Source of the DNA: Bigelowiella natans CCMP2755
Taxonomy: Eukaryota; Protista; Cercozoa
Assembly (NCBI GenBank): GCA_000320545.1
Contig: ADNK01002424.1
Location: 46,158 to 110,157, forward strand
Reading direction: 5' to 3'
DNA: 64,000 bases
Shown: one piece after another, positions 1-12,477 of the stretch
Layout of the letters: each line of letters opens with the position of its first letter
Numbering within the stretch: the stretch's first letter is position 1
The notes under the pieces: generated by a model
Database searches by the model: none
Seen by the model: only the letters and a program-made list of their open reading frames with translations
Told to the model about the DNA's origin: nothing
Position numbers and translations under genes: made by a program

Positions 1-2379
1 GCCCAAACTGGGGCATACGTTCTGTAATTTTTGAAATGTGAACAACATGCGGTCACAGAATTTCAAATTTGCTGAAAAAATGGTCGCTGTGCAAGCAAGT
101 GCCATCAATGAATATTCTGCTGAAGGGTATGAAGTGTTTTGTATTTCTACACCTGTGTCAATACTAGCAAAAATTGAATTGTATTTGACTACCTTGTTTT
201 GGTTGAAGCCGTGCATATTTTTTGCATTGGCGAAACCCTTGTTCAATTTTCAAACATGATTGATCAGATTTCATGATCGGATAAAAACGTTTGGCACGAT
301 TGAGCCACGCGCACATCACTGACGCATCATTGTCAAACGTTCAATTTACATTGATTTGCAAGGATCGAATCAAAACCAACGCGGAATGCAAAAGGGGAAA
401 GCCAAACTTACGTGCAAACAAACGCAAACGCAAAAGCACAAAATGCACACGTGTGAATATGTGTGGCCACGTGTCCACATTATGTCCTTTTGCGTTTCAG
501 GTTTTATAATTTCACGGTGTGGTGTGCAGAACACATTGTAAATTGTGAGCGTTTTAATTTGGGATTGTGTCCCAATCGTTGAATTAATAGTTCGGATCAC
601 AGAGAAAAACTAAATATGCACACGCGTGTAACATTGGAACAAAAGTGTCGGTGCTTTCATTCTTGCACATTTTAACAGACATACCGATTATCTCACGTTA
701 GACAAGGTGAAAAAAAAAGGAGCGTCTTTGATCACACGGGTACCTCGATAAATTGAAGGTACAACGCGTTTAAAACATTTTTCGCTTGTTGTCAAATAAG
801 AGTGTCCTGTATTACCGCTAGAAATAACCATAAATTGCCAGTTATGGTACTGCATGCAGCGAATGGCCGTCTTTTTGGTGCATCAAGTAACCAGAATGGC
901 AGTCATTTTGGTGCATCAAGTGACCACCACTGCATGAAACGTTTCAAATGTTGAATGGTGTTTTTACCATTTTGTTGAGATGGTTTCTTTTCGTCTTCTG
1001 TTTGTTCACAAATTTTAACCGATGTTGAACTCTCAGTATTAAAATTTGCTATGGATATTTGTGTGCTTTTCAGGTAGTACTATCATTTCTTTACAGTAGA
1101 TAGATTGTCGTCGTTCTAGTCGGGTGAGTCTGCCTATGTAAGATAGCAATAAATCTCTCAGTAAGAATCACTCTAGCTTTTGTGTGATCTTCTGACATAT
1201 CAACCATCACCAATTCAATGCGTTAAAATGTGGAATATATGGTTCTCAACCTCTTTTCCTTGAGAAATGTACCTCACCAATGCAGTTTATACCTATGGGA
1301 TAAGTTATGTAGATGACCTAAGACGTACCTTACATCCAGTGGATCTCACGATGTAAGCTTGAAGTAGATCCAGGTTTCTAGTGTGCAGTCCAGACTTCGT
1401 AGCAAGCAGGTATTCAAATTCTTATATTTTTCATGCAGTGACAGCCAGGACACGCTTAGTTATTGCACTTTATATTTTCTCTTTATTCCTCCTTTCGAAA
1501 ATTAATAGACTACGACGTTGTTCATCAGTATGATGACAACGTTCTCAGTTTCATGTCAATCGACACAAAGCTGCTATTCAACCATCAAGAAAGATCTTAA
1601 ATTCATTTATTTCAAAGCACATTAGTCTCTGGGCCTTTAAATTTATATTTGTATCCTATCTACACGCGAGAAAGAACATGCCTTGGCACGGTCCTACTCT
1701 TTTGGAGTGATTCGTTCCTGGAACCTTTCCACACACAAAATATGGTTTAATGAAGACACAAAAACCATACTTCAATGCCATAATATTCCTGTGGCCGATA
1801 AAATCCTGGTTACACAACTTAACTAGGCTTTCCATCCATTCTTTTTCGGAAGAAATTTTATTTTCATCCTCTGTCTATAAAACTATAATTTCTACATATA
1901 ATGACAAGGGAAATATTATGTTAATTTTAGGACTTTATGACTGTCACTTGATATTTATAAAGTTAGATTATGGCTAAAAATACTTTCTTTCATACAAGAT
2001 ATCGTAATACACAAAATAAGATATCATAAAATATTAGACTTTCAAATTCAATATAACTGGAAATATATGAACCTGAAGTTTTGCTGAACATTTAATAAAT
2101 TCACTATATCATAGAAAACTAAAGAAATACTTGACAAATTCTATTATTTTCAAGCATTGTAATTTCTTTTAGCAACATTTGTGGTCGAGTAAATTTTCAA
2201 TCGTATAAATGACAGTATGGTTGGCGGTCATTATTAATTGGATTTACCATGGGTTTAATGAAAGAAACTACATTAACTAATTCTTATCAAACAAAAATTG
2301 TTCAATTGAAATACTTATAGTTATACTTTTGATTACTGAAGACTAGAAGGTACCAACTATCTATTACAAATAATAATGC

Positions 2380-2776
2380 TGCTAGGAGCGAATGGCATAT
2401 TTCTTAGTATTAATTAGTGACGGACGCCAGAATATATTGCTTTAACATGTAGATAACGAGACGAGCGTTGCGCTAAAGCATTAGAACCACCCTCCGCATA
2501 TCCATCCTTCCCCCTTTTTCCCCCCCTTTTTTTCTCTCTTTCACTCTCTCTCTCTCTCTCTCTCTTTCTCACTTCAACAACATTTAGAGGGATGCCAAAT
2601 ACTTTAGGTACAATTATTTAGAATGGTAATTACTTTTAGTTATAAATACTCGAATTCACCGCGAGTGTATTATCTAACAAACATCAGCTACAAACAATGA
2701 TGCCATAGCGCCAGCTATTCTATCCACGTAAATATTATCCACACATACACACAAACACACACACACACACACACAA

Positions 2777-2817
<41 letters not shown>

Positions 2818-3500
2818 TTTATATATGTACGTATGTTATTAAGAATAAGGCGCCGTATAGATTATACTATTAAATAACACATCAAAGTCTATACAAATAT
2901 TATATATTTTAAAAAAATGTTTGGAAGTAGAATTGGTTTTCAGACAATTTTGTATACGTATATGAAAAATTAAAAATATTTCATTAAGGAATCATAATGA
3001 CTATTGGTAGTTAATAACTAACTATGATCTATCTTTTAAAATATTTTGAATCCATTAAAGAAAAAATGATGATTCATTTAAACTGTTTACAATATTAATT
3101 CTTAAAGTAAATATCTTTATTATTCAATGGTTCAATCATAGGCTGAATAGATAGATTTTTTGTTTAACTATTGTATCAAGACATTTACCCAGTTTGCATA
3201 ATGGCATTTAGTGCATAAATAAATTTTGTGAAATTGTATTAGCTATGAAATTGATATTTGTTAAATTCATTACTTGAAAACGTAAACTTCAATTTATTTT
3301 AATTTTAGACAATTAATTTATGTTTTTTTGCACTGGATCTCTGTAAGCGGAAAAAGGACAGGCAAACGGTATATCAAATATATCCACATAGCTACATACG
3401 TAAGACGACGACATCCACACATGTTGCGACAAGCGTAATTTCGCTATAATTTTTTTTGGTATATGCGATGTGGCCAGAATAAAATGCTGAACCCTTCCTG
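2380..3500 (-). CDS. Possible multi-exon membrane protein or pseudogene (weak DAACS/SLC1-like segment)
   Basis: Short hydrophobic minus-strand exon candidates (EITLVATCVDVVVL; IILYGALFLIT; IAGAMASLFVAD / VFGIPLNVVE / QYILASVT). The last string loosely resembles dicarboxylate/amino-acid symporter TM7-8. No complete gene model could be built. Confidence 0.2.
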
Positions 3501-5505
3501 GTACATTGTTTTTAGAGCCAACAAGTCACTCAATGTGCGCATTTATGTGCATGTGACAGGATAATTATGATACGCCGCATAGTAATATGATATCAATTAT
3601 TGCTTTATACCACATTATTAATCAATTAATTAGTGGACATTTTTTGACAGATAGTGATGATGTAATTTGTTTCATTTTTATTCAAAAAGACTAAAACCCA
3701 TTGCGCAAGATTCATTTTTACTTTCTGTGTCAGTACTTGCTACAATTTGACACCGAGCCGATGCTGGCCTGAGACTCACACACCGTCCATTGATTCGATC
3801 ATACGACCACCACCTGCTAATCCTAAAAAATGAATTACGTTTTTCGTCTTTCTAAGCTTGTTTCCGGTTGGATACGCACTTTTTGGAGAATTATTGTTAC
3901 TTTCTCGGATTAATTGTCTGCGTTTAACATAGCCGAGAGACCTTAAATTTCTTTTGATGTAGTTTGTGGTGTTGAACTAGTAAAGCTTGTAGGTTAGGAT
4001 CTGTACTCCTTCAGCTTTAATGGATTTGTCGCATATTTTTATTTTCGTTGCCCGGAAACCTACTTGTGCCTTTGCTACCCCGCTTGTTCGTTTGTGAATT
4101 AATTTGTATTTTACCACACCTCAGATTGGAATGTAGTTCTTCGTCAAGATCACTACTGGAAAGTCACTCGATTTCGATGTAAAGATTATTATCGATCATA
4201 TTGTCTCCATCCTCTGCATTGTTGTCACTTATTCCCTCCTTCTCCTCCGATCTGTCTTATCTCTTTTTCCCCACTTCTATCATCATTAGCGGTGGTCCGT
4301 TGATCCCCACAAACATAAAATTGGCGCTATGATACGCAGTTGGGATAAACATGAGAAAGCGTAGTTTCATGGGTGTCATCGAGACTGCGGCCACAGAATG
4401 CACCACCTCGCTTGTACAATCGGAGTTGAGGTTTTATGTTCTAAGGGATATCCATAGTCCACCCTCTGTTCGTCCAAAGAGCTGGTAATAGCGGGTGACG
4501 AAGTTGTTAGGAATGCATCCCTGAAACGCCCAAACGTGGTTGGTTTAGTGGCAGATTTTGTCGCTTAGAACGCATTATCCAATACACTTTTTCGAGAGAA
4601 TTAATCATTGATTCATTCTTTCCGTATGCAGGTGGGCAGAAGGAGAATACCGTCGTTTCCCCCGCACATCGATGTGGCGCTATCCCCAGTAGTACCCCTC
4701 CCCCTCTCCGCGCGAGGAGGAGCCTACAGTGGCAGCAGCGACTACTGTGGCGGTGGCAGCGACGGCGATCTCGGGCGGAGACGCGTTCGGGGGGAGTGCT
4801 TGGAAGTTGGGGTGTTGGTTCTCCTGGGCGGCAACCAAGCTCACTGACTGCAGCGTGGCCTGTGAATAAGAGTTTCTGAGCAAGGAGGTATTCAAAGCAC
4901 GGATCCTCATCCTGCCCAGACGGTGTATGGTTCCTCTTCCACGTCCACAACTTCCTCCCCTTCCGAGGCCAGGACGTGTAGGGTGTTTGCTCTTGGCTAG
5001 ATGGGACTAAAGCGCGGTGGTGTACTTGAAAGTATATATTTTGATATTGTTTGTGTGTTTTGAGTTGCGAATAATGTGTGTTTGAGTTGTGAGGTGACTA
5101 CCTGTCGGCTCATCGACTGCTCCTCCCCCCTCCCCGAGGATGGATTGTGAGATTGCTCCTTTCTTTCTTTCTTTCTTCTGCCGAGCTTCTCTCTTCTAAA
5201 TCTATTATTAGCATTGTTGCCGAATTATTGTTCTTATGATTTAGTATTATTTTTTTAATTGCCGAATTATTATTCTTATGATTTATTTCCAAAAGAATTA
5301 TTCGGTAGTTCGGCTCTGCTCGTGGCTCGTGGATTCTACGAAGACGACGACGAGCCTAGGAGCGGTGGAGGTGGTGATCTGTGCAGTTGCTTCATCATGG
5401 CGAATAGTAGGAGGACAAGCATGACCAGAAGCCGCTTGAATCGCTTTATACATAACAAGTGACGTTATCATCATCATCCTCACCATCATCATCATCAACA
5501 TTACC

Positions 5506-6869
5506 ATGGGCTGGCTTTTGGAGTACTTTCATCACACCATTCTCTAACGCAAAATCATCAGGTTGTTCCGCCTTAGGACATTAACAGCAGCTTGTTTAAC
5601 CATATTGGTTTGTGTTATCGCTGCGGTCGCGCTGAATCTCAATCAAAACTGTGGAAATGCTTTAAGATGGAAAACATGGTTGACAAAAAGAGGCGGTATA
5701 TCAACGCCATTGTTTCGGAAGCATGCGTCTCATGTATTTCAAGGAAGTGCAGCAGTTAGAGAGACATACGGAACTAGGCTTGGTCGTGTTTTTCGAGAGC
5801 AGGATATTATCGGTTGCTGTTCAAAGCGGCAGGATGTAGTAATAGTACATGTGGTGCTTCCTCATGCTGCTTCTATGGCGTCAGAACGACTCAAAACCAG
5901 GTGAAGAAGAAGAAGAAGTCAAATAACAATTGAGGAGGGAAGAGGGGGGAGGGAAAAGATAGGAACAAAGTTACAATCCTAATGCATTTACCACAATTAA
6001 AATGTTTCTATACTGCAACCGCCTTCTTCTTTATATCCTCATCTGCTGTTTGTTTTAACTTATGAGCCTCTTCTTCTTCACATCCTTATCTGTAGTATTT
6101 TCGAATATGTTCTTCTCTTCTTCCTCTTCATCTAATTGTCGTAGAATTTCTATGATCTATCGCAATTTTGAGATCGTATATATATTGCTCATCAGCCTAA
6201 TCCAGAATGCTGCACCTACTCGAAGGGGTATGTAACAATAAACATCAAAATCGATGATGACATTATTGTATACCTGTTGTAGCGGAGGAGCGTGGCGGGA
6301 GGAGAGAGAGTTGTAGTAGTATTTCCTAATACCTCTCATTTTACAACTTTTACTCGAATCTGTACATACACATACGGTGGTTTCAAAACGATGTTGTCTG
6401 GTGTAGTTATTGCTCGATGCTACGTCTGTGCGTGTGCTCATATACGGAAGAGGCGTGTGTAATATATGATAATCGATATATGAAGGCACGAATGCAACTA
6501 TTTCCCAGCAGAAAATTTTGCTGCATCAAATTAAGGTTGTATTATGATGTTACAATGATGAGTTCCTTCAATAGGTATTTCAACGATATATACTACTAAA
6601 TTGACAGATTTACAAAATGAGGACACTCTTCTTTCTTTTTTCTCTCCACTTAGTATCATTTTGTATGGTATTGGTACATAGGAGTTAGAGAAAATGAATG
6701 TAGTTGAAAATCCTGCAGCATCATCATCATCGATAGATATAAATGGTTGGTGGTCACTTATATACCAGGTATTATTATCATCAAATCAGTCATTATTTGG
6801 TTAACCAACAATAATAAATGAGTAAAGATTTGATTGAACTTGAGGTTGAGTGAATATCCTTGATTGCAG

Positions 6870-6905
<36 letters not shown>

Positions 6906-6934
6906 ATGACACATCAATCTTAATCGTCCTCGTC

Positions 6935-6968
<34 letters not shown>

Positions 6969-8753
6969 ATGACACTTCAGTCTACTCCTGAGCCATCAAC
7001 AAAATGGGATCCAAATACGGAAGTTGAAGGGCCTTTTCTGGTATGTAGTAGTTATCGTAATCATTTCCTGCTAACACTAGAATTATGGTTGGTTTTACCT
7101 GCCTGTAACTATCGTTGTGATTTTCATGATGGTTCTTAAGAAAGAATAAGGAGAAGAAGAAGGAGAAGAAGAGGGGATGGTGTTTATACAATTGCATTAA
7201 TATACTATTTATGGTACCTACTCAAGTTCGTGCTGATCATTCGATGCTTATTTTTGCTTTGATAGTAGATGTTATATTTTGAATATATGGAGAGATCGAA
7301 TTCTTACTATATTTTCTCTCTTTTATTCACTTCATGTTCTACTTATTTCTCGCCAAAGTAGTCCATTTTCAAACCATTCACAAAGGATATGGTAGTAGTA
7401 GAAACAGAAGAAGTAACAGTAGTAATAGTACTAACAGTCCTTGAGAGCGTAGCGTATGATATCATGATGGATGAATAAATAAATATATAAATATATTTAT
7501 ATATATGACGTATAAGCAACAACATTTATGCTTCAAATATCTACTATACGGTGGTACACACGACAAAAATACTATAATACCAAGCACTCTTTGAGAAGAC
7601 TGATTGCAACATGGAATAATTTGTTGATTATTCATTAGCATGCGACCATGTGTGTTTTTGAAATACACATAATTAAATCACCCCATTTTACATTCAGATA
7701 AAAAGCCGTGGAAATTTTCAGGAAATTGATGTCGCGAATGGAAAAGTAGGAAAATTATGTTGCATATTGATTTGTATTTGTATGTTGGTTTCTTTTAACA
7801 TATTTACATTATCTTAGGTGCAAAACTTAGCCAGATTCAGTCTATTCGGAAAGCCTGGGATTTTCAATATTTTGGGAAGGTGGTGCTTTATATATTTACT
7901 TTTCACAATTAATAACAAGAATGGAAGGGAGACATGCATAAGGATAAAGAGAGAGAACATAAACCAATCAAAATTGTAGTAGTCGTTGCAGGAGTTGTGG
8001 TAGTTGAATGTCAGCATATATTTACTGCTATCTATGTAGCTGCTCAGTCCCTGAAGTTAGTCCTCTTTCACGGAAGAAAACTCGTTTTGACGTAACCTTT
8101 GATAAAGTTACTGTTGAGGTATGTAGTAGACACTGGAAAGGATTTTGGGTGCCTACCAAGAATATATCGATTCAAAATGCGTCGCTACTATGTTATCGTT
8201 ATTATTAGCGTTTGCCATATTTTCCCTTTATTTTACTCTTCTCCTCTCCCCGAAAAGAATGTACATTCATGTTCTTAAATCCATCAATAATTGTTCTTTC
8301 GACGTACTGGTTTTGCAACAGCATACATTTAATTTGTGTTAAATTCCTAGCAGCGCGTAAATACTGTTTGTTATAACAGTACTGAAACTAATATAGTTAA
8401 TAGAAAGTGGATAACAATGAAATAAAATATTTGCAAAGGTTCCGGATTTCTCAATATTCTTCAATGTACCTTTAACATGGATCAGGCCAAAGGTATAAAC
8501 AGTGTTTTCATATATTAGTACATTCTATCGCATGAGTACCTTCAAATACAATCAAATTCAAAATTGAATATAGTTATTGTTCATATTGATCATTATTTGT
8601 TTTACTAAATTGCCATTAATGATGATGTTGTTGAAGGGATGGGTGGAAACCACGTATTTGGACCCTGAATTTCGGATAGGACGCGGAGACAAAGGGTCAG
8701 TATTTGTCGCTGTTCGATCTAAGATCAATCCAGGCATTATAGAACCATCATAA
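5506..8753 (+). CDS. Plastid lipid-associated protein (PAP/fibrillin family) with bipartite targeting leader; multi-exon
   Basis: ATG at 5506 (MGWLLE), a 39-nt GT-AG intron containing CTCTAAC, then hydrophobic LTAACLTILVCVIAAVALN and a basic transit-like stretch. The 3' exons read KTRFDVTFDKVTVE | VPDFSIFFNVPLTWIRPK | GWVETTYLDPEFRIGRGDKGSVFV...IEPS*, the fibrillin C-terminal signature (GWxxTTYLDxxxRIxRGxKGSVFV). TAA at 8751-8753. Internal exons are approximate. Confidence 0.85.
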
Positions 8754-8859
8754 TGAGAATGTAAAGTCTCATTAATGTAAATGTGAATAAGTTATCGTGT
8801 GTGAAGTTTTGAGACTCTTCAAAGTTGATTGTGTTCATGCATTACCTTTAACTACTGAA

Positions 8860-9500
8860 GACTGAAGCAATGTGCATGTGGCATCGCACATGACCACGTC
8901 CCACACGAATCGGCATGCTTGTTCCAATTTAGCAATTTGCGGCACTACTAGCTGACTGGGAGCCAGCAAAGCCATCTGCATTCATTGCAGCAATGTGACA
9001 GGCTTAAAAATTGAAATGGGATTTCTTCTTTGCCACTGTGCCAGCATTGTGTGCTCACTTTTAGACTTTCGCATTTGCATTCATGGCCTAGCTGTGCTCA
9101 AACTGACAACAGCTACCATGAACAATGTGCACGCGTGCACAATGCATCGAGCTGCTGGCTCCAAACTTCATCCACATGGCAGATCTAGAGATGGGCATTG
9201 TGCCATTCTAGCATTGCAGACAGGAGGTTTGCACGTGGTTTCAACTCGATTTTGGCTGTTGTTTTTCCACGATGGCTTTGTCATTCCGCCATGCACAGAG
9301 ATCAATTGTGATTGACGACACAAATTGTCGAAAAGACCTCAGAAAAATGCATGGCAGACCAAACAAAATCAAGCAAAATTAGCGTGTGCAAATGTGACGG
9401 AAGTGCATGCGCACAACGAATTTGCGGTAGAACTCTGCTCGTGAGCACACATCGCTAGAGTTCAATCGCCCCAGCAAACCCTGCGCTGCTAGCAAAGAAA
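8860..9500. other. TpA-depleted, TG/CA-rich block at convergent junction fibrillin(+)/Hop1(-)
   Basis: Hand count: about 13 TA in about 640 bp. Six are in CTAG, six more have a 5' C or 3' G, and only one is TTAA. Flanking introns are TA-rich. Confidence 0.85.
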
Positions 9501-9636
9501 ATGTAACTTCATTCATCTCGGAAACAGAGAACGTGGTACTTGTCTAATAGTGACGCTCTAACGTGTTCCTATCGCAATGATTTTACAGCAGAGGCTGAGA
9601 TTACTCTTAAATCATCATTTAGATATATTCCGAAAA

Positions 9637-12190
9637 TCAGGCATGCCCATCCTGAATGATTGGCTCTTGGACCATTGACATTTTCCTCCGAAGTCGCTTA
9701 GATCTTCTTGGAGGCGCTTTTACATTGATTTCAGGACGAGTTCGCTTACCGATACCGTTCGGTGTAGAATTATTTTCTTCACTTGAATCATTAAATTTCG
9801 TATCTGGACTGAACGTCACATGCTTAACTTGCTTCTTAGTTTCTTGTGGACTCTTCCCACCAGCTTGATTGGTTTCCTTGCAAGTTTCCCCTAAAGTCAG
9901 GATTTGAAAATAACCTTTCATGCTTCTGCGCAGTTTGAGTATTTTTTTATCTTTGATCAAGCACTGCATAGCACCTATCCAAATTCCATGTGACATCATA
10001 GAGAGATTTTATACAAACAGGCAGCACTTTTAACCTTTTAAAATGCTTGGATTGATTGTTCTCAGTTTTTGGTTAAAGTCGTTTTCTGATATTAAATCTT
10101 CTTTGTGGTTATCTAACAAATTATAGATTTCCTCCATAGCAAGCTTTATTTCCTTATCTATATATGTTTCGAAATAATCAGTCCGTAGTAGTACTTCACT
10201 CTAAACTCTAAACCGCTCAAGTATATTCACATGCATTCATAGAAAGAGTAATTCAAAAAAATTGCCAAATATTCAATTTTTAAGAGCAAAGATGACCTGT
10301 GCTCTCACGATGATGCTCTTCAAAACTCTCTGCGCCAGTGCAAAGTAAGTCCTCGTTAGATTTACTTTCTTTGTTTGGATATCTCTTGGTTATATGCAAA
10401 GTATTCTTGGTAGTCTTCGACAAAGGCAAACTACTTGAACCTGGGCTAGAAAGCCCAGAACCTAGGTCTTCCATGTTCATTTTACCAGGATAATTTGGAT
10501 GTGTAATAGCTTCAGTCTCCATGTTTTCATTAACTTGTACCTAATTTGTATTATGATAATTATTTGATGTCCAAGAACCTTTTTTCTTACACCTTAACGC
10601 TTAGTGCATGATGGCGAGTGGAGACTGTTCCCAATTCTCCAGAATAGGGTTCGAATTCAAAAGCTGTTGTTCTTTCAATTTCTTCAGCAGGCCGGAAAAA
10701 CATCGGCTCGTATTTTAATCTAATGGATACTACATATCAGAGAGTCATTATGCATTCCAGAAATAACATTTTACGGAGTTATTTCCTCGTTGTAGGACAG
10801 TCGCATACAAAGAAATCGCTTCCTGAATTTTAATACCAAATTTACTCATTATTTGCTTAGGTTCAGGAATTCTAATACCAACGAGATGTGGCTTACTTAG
10901 GCAACGGCTTCATAGTTGTTCCCATAGTCAATAGCTTTCTCAACAACAATATCGTTGCCTCAACTACCTCTGTAAAATAAATATAAATAAGGTCATCATT
11001 TCGAGTTAACACCTTTCATTGAATACATTGGTGAGTTTTTGATTACCTTTCTGAGTGAATTCAAATCTACTCTTTACACTAGTCTGTAATCTGTTGCCGT
11101 TGGTACTTAGGGAGAATCCGCCGGAACTTGTTTCCGATGGATACATGACTTTAAAATTATACCTCTGTAGCACGTGATTTGGTTGAGTTTTCGCAGGCCG
11201 TATGGAAAGCAAACTAAAAAGGTAGCTACCTCAAGAAGTTCGCAATTTTTAGGATCAGGGTCTGATTAAAGTTTCAATGATAAGTACTAAACTATATTTT
11301 TACACAAATATTTTGTACCATTCTTGTGGAATATCTCAAAGGTCACTACATCCAGATATCCTTTTGCTAGAGCATCGAAGACCCCCTTTTCAAGCCAATG
11401 AAGGAGCAAAGATGCCTCTTTCCCACAGTCTAAATAATCACATAAAATGTTCTATTTGTAGAAACTTTAAATTTATTTTTAGTTTACTAGGATGAAAGGC
11501 CATTATCTTATGTTCGCCAATAAGCCTTTCACGGAAATCCTCTTTGTTGAACAAACCACGCATACTTGCAATCGATGACTGTTGAAAAGACATAGCTACT
11601 AACAAGAAACTTTTTAAATTGTTATATCAAACAATAAAAGGGATCACATTTTTACCAAGCTACTTCGGAGTAGATGTTTCATCTATCGTTGTTAAGATAA
11701 TTGAATAAGAAACTCGTGACAACAGATTTGCTTATTTCTGGCTACCAAAGTTAGGCTTTGTCGTTGATTCACTTCCACTGCTTCTCTATGTCTCTGCAAA
11801 GTATTTGATGTTCTAGGATATTGTTTTATTCTTCCAGCGGATGAATTGAAACCACGGCCGTTTTGACGACTTGATTTTGGGCGCCTAAAGTTTTGTTAAC
11901 GACATCATAAATTCGATGTATGTGATTTGGTACTTGTCATTCAGCAAGAACATGATTACATGTCGATCCACCTTGGCATTTCTATATCCAATGTCAAGGT
12001 CCAAGAGATCTTCAGTATTTGTTTTCAAAAAAATTGAATCATTGACTCAGTAAACATGGTACTGGCTAATAGCTTCACATTGCAAAAACACATATCTCTA
12101 TGAGTGTTTAGATCAAATTCTCACAACTTCTTTAAACCCTTTTCTGCAAGTTTGCAAGGGATCACATTTGTTATCGACTTCTCACTTCAT
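9637..12190 (-). CDS. HOP1: Meiotic HORMA-domain chromosome axis protein (Hop1/ASY1/HORMAD); multi-exon with short introns
   Basis: Spliced exons read EVNQRQSLTL | MKHLLRSSL | SSIASMRGLFNKEDFRERLIG...| CGKEASLLLHWLEKGVFDALAKGYLDVVTFEIF...| PNHVLQRYNFKVMYP...| EATILLLRKLLTMGTTMKPLPK | KRFLCMRLSYNEEITP | LKYEPMFFRP...GTVSTRHHALSVK, a complete Hop1-type HORMA domain. The C-terminus has a closure-motif-like RRKMSMVQEPIIQ. The start codon is uncertain (about 11900-12190). Confidence 0.92.
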
Positions 12191-12477
12191 CGTTTCATGT
12201 TTTTGGCGCGTACAGGTGACTGTGGTTTTTGTCCTGTGCGGAATGTAGGCGAAAGACGTTAAAAAGGAACAGCGGGGCCTATGTCGCAGGTCTCTATTTA
12301 CTCTGATTTTTCTGAAAAAAAATGAACGAAAGTTTTTTTTACATGTCCTGGAAGTGCCGTCCAAGAGTGACATGTGATTTTCCAATGATTTTGTAAATCA
12401 ATGAAAATGTGTCCGTCCAGGAAGGGCATGTGATTAGGCCCTATTTTCCGATGATTTTGTATGAGAATGAGCATGAT

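Noticed and set aside
1050-1980. Possible plus-strand exons (e.g. SYSFGVIRSWNLST, WD40-like)
   Set aside because: No consistent spliced reading frame could be assembled.
3700-5480. GC-richer segment with ORFs on both strands (4507-4950, 4608-4847, 5298-5507)
   Set aside because: No domain was recognised, and strand and frame are ambiguous. It may be the 5' part of the weak minus-strand gene or non-coding.
10872-10896. Apparent 25-nt ultra-short intron in Hop1, suggesting nucleomorph-like tiny introns
   Set aside because: Homology to the HORMA domain favours a longer intron ending at the downstream ATTCAG (PLPK|KRFLCMRLSY). The window's spacing and repeats are nuclear, not nucleomorph-like.
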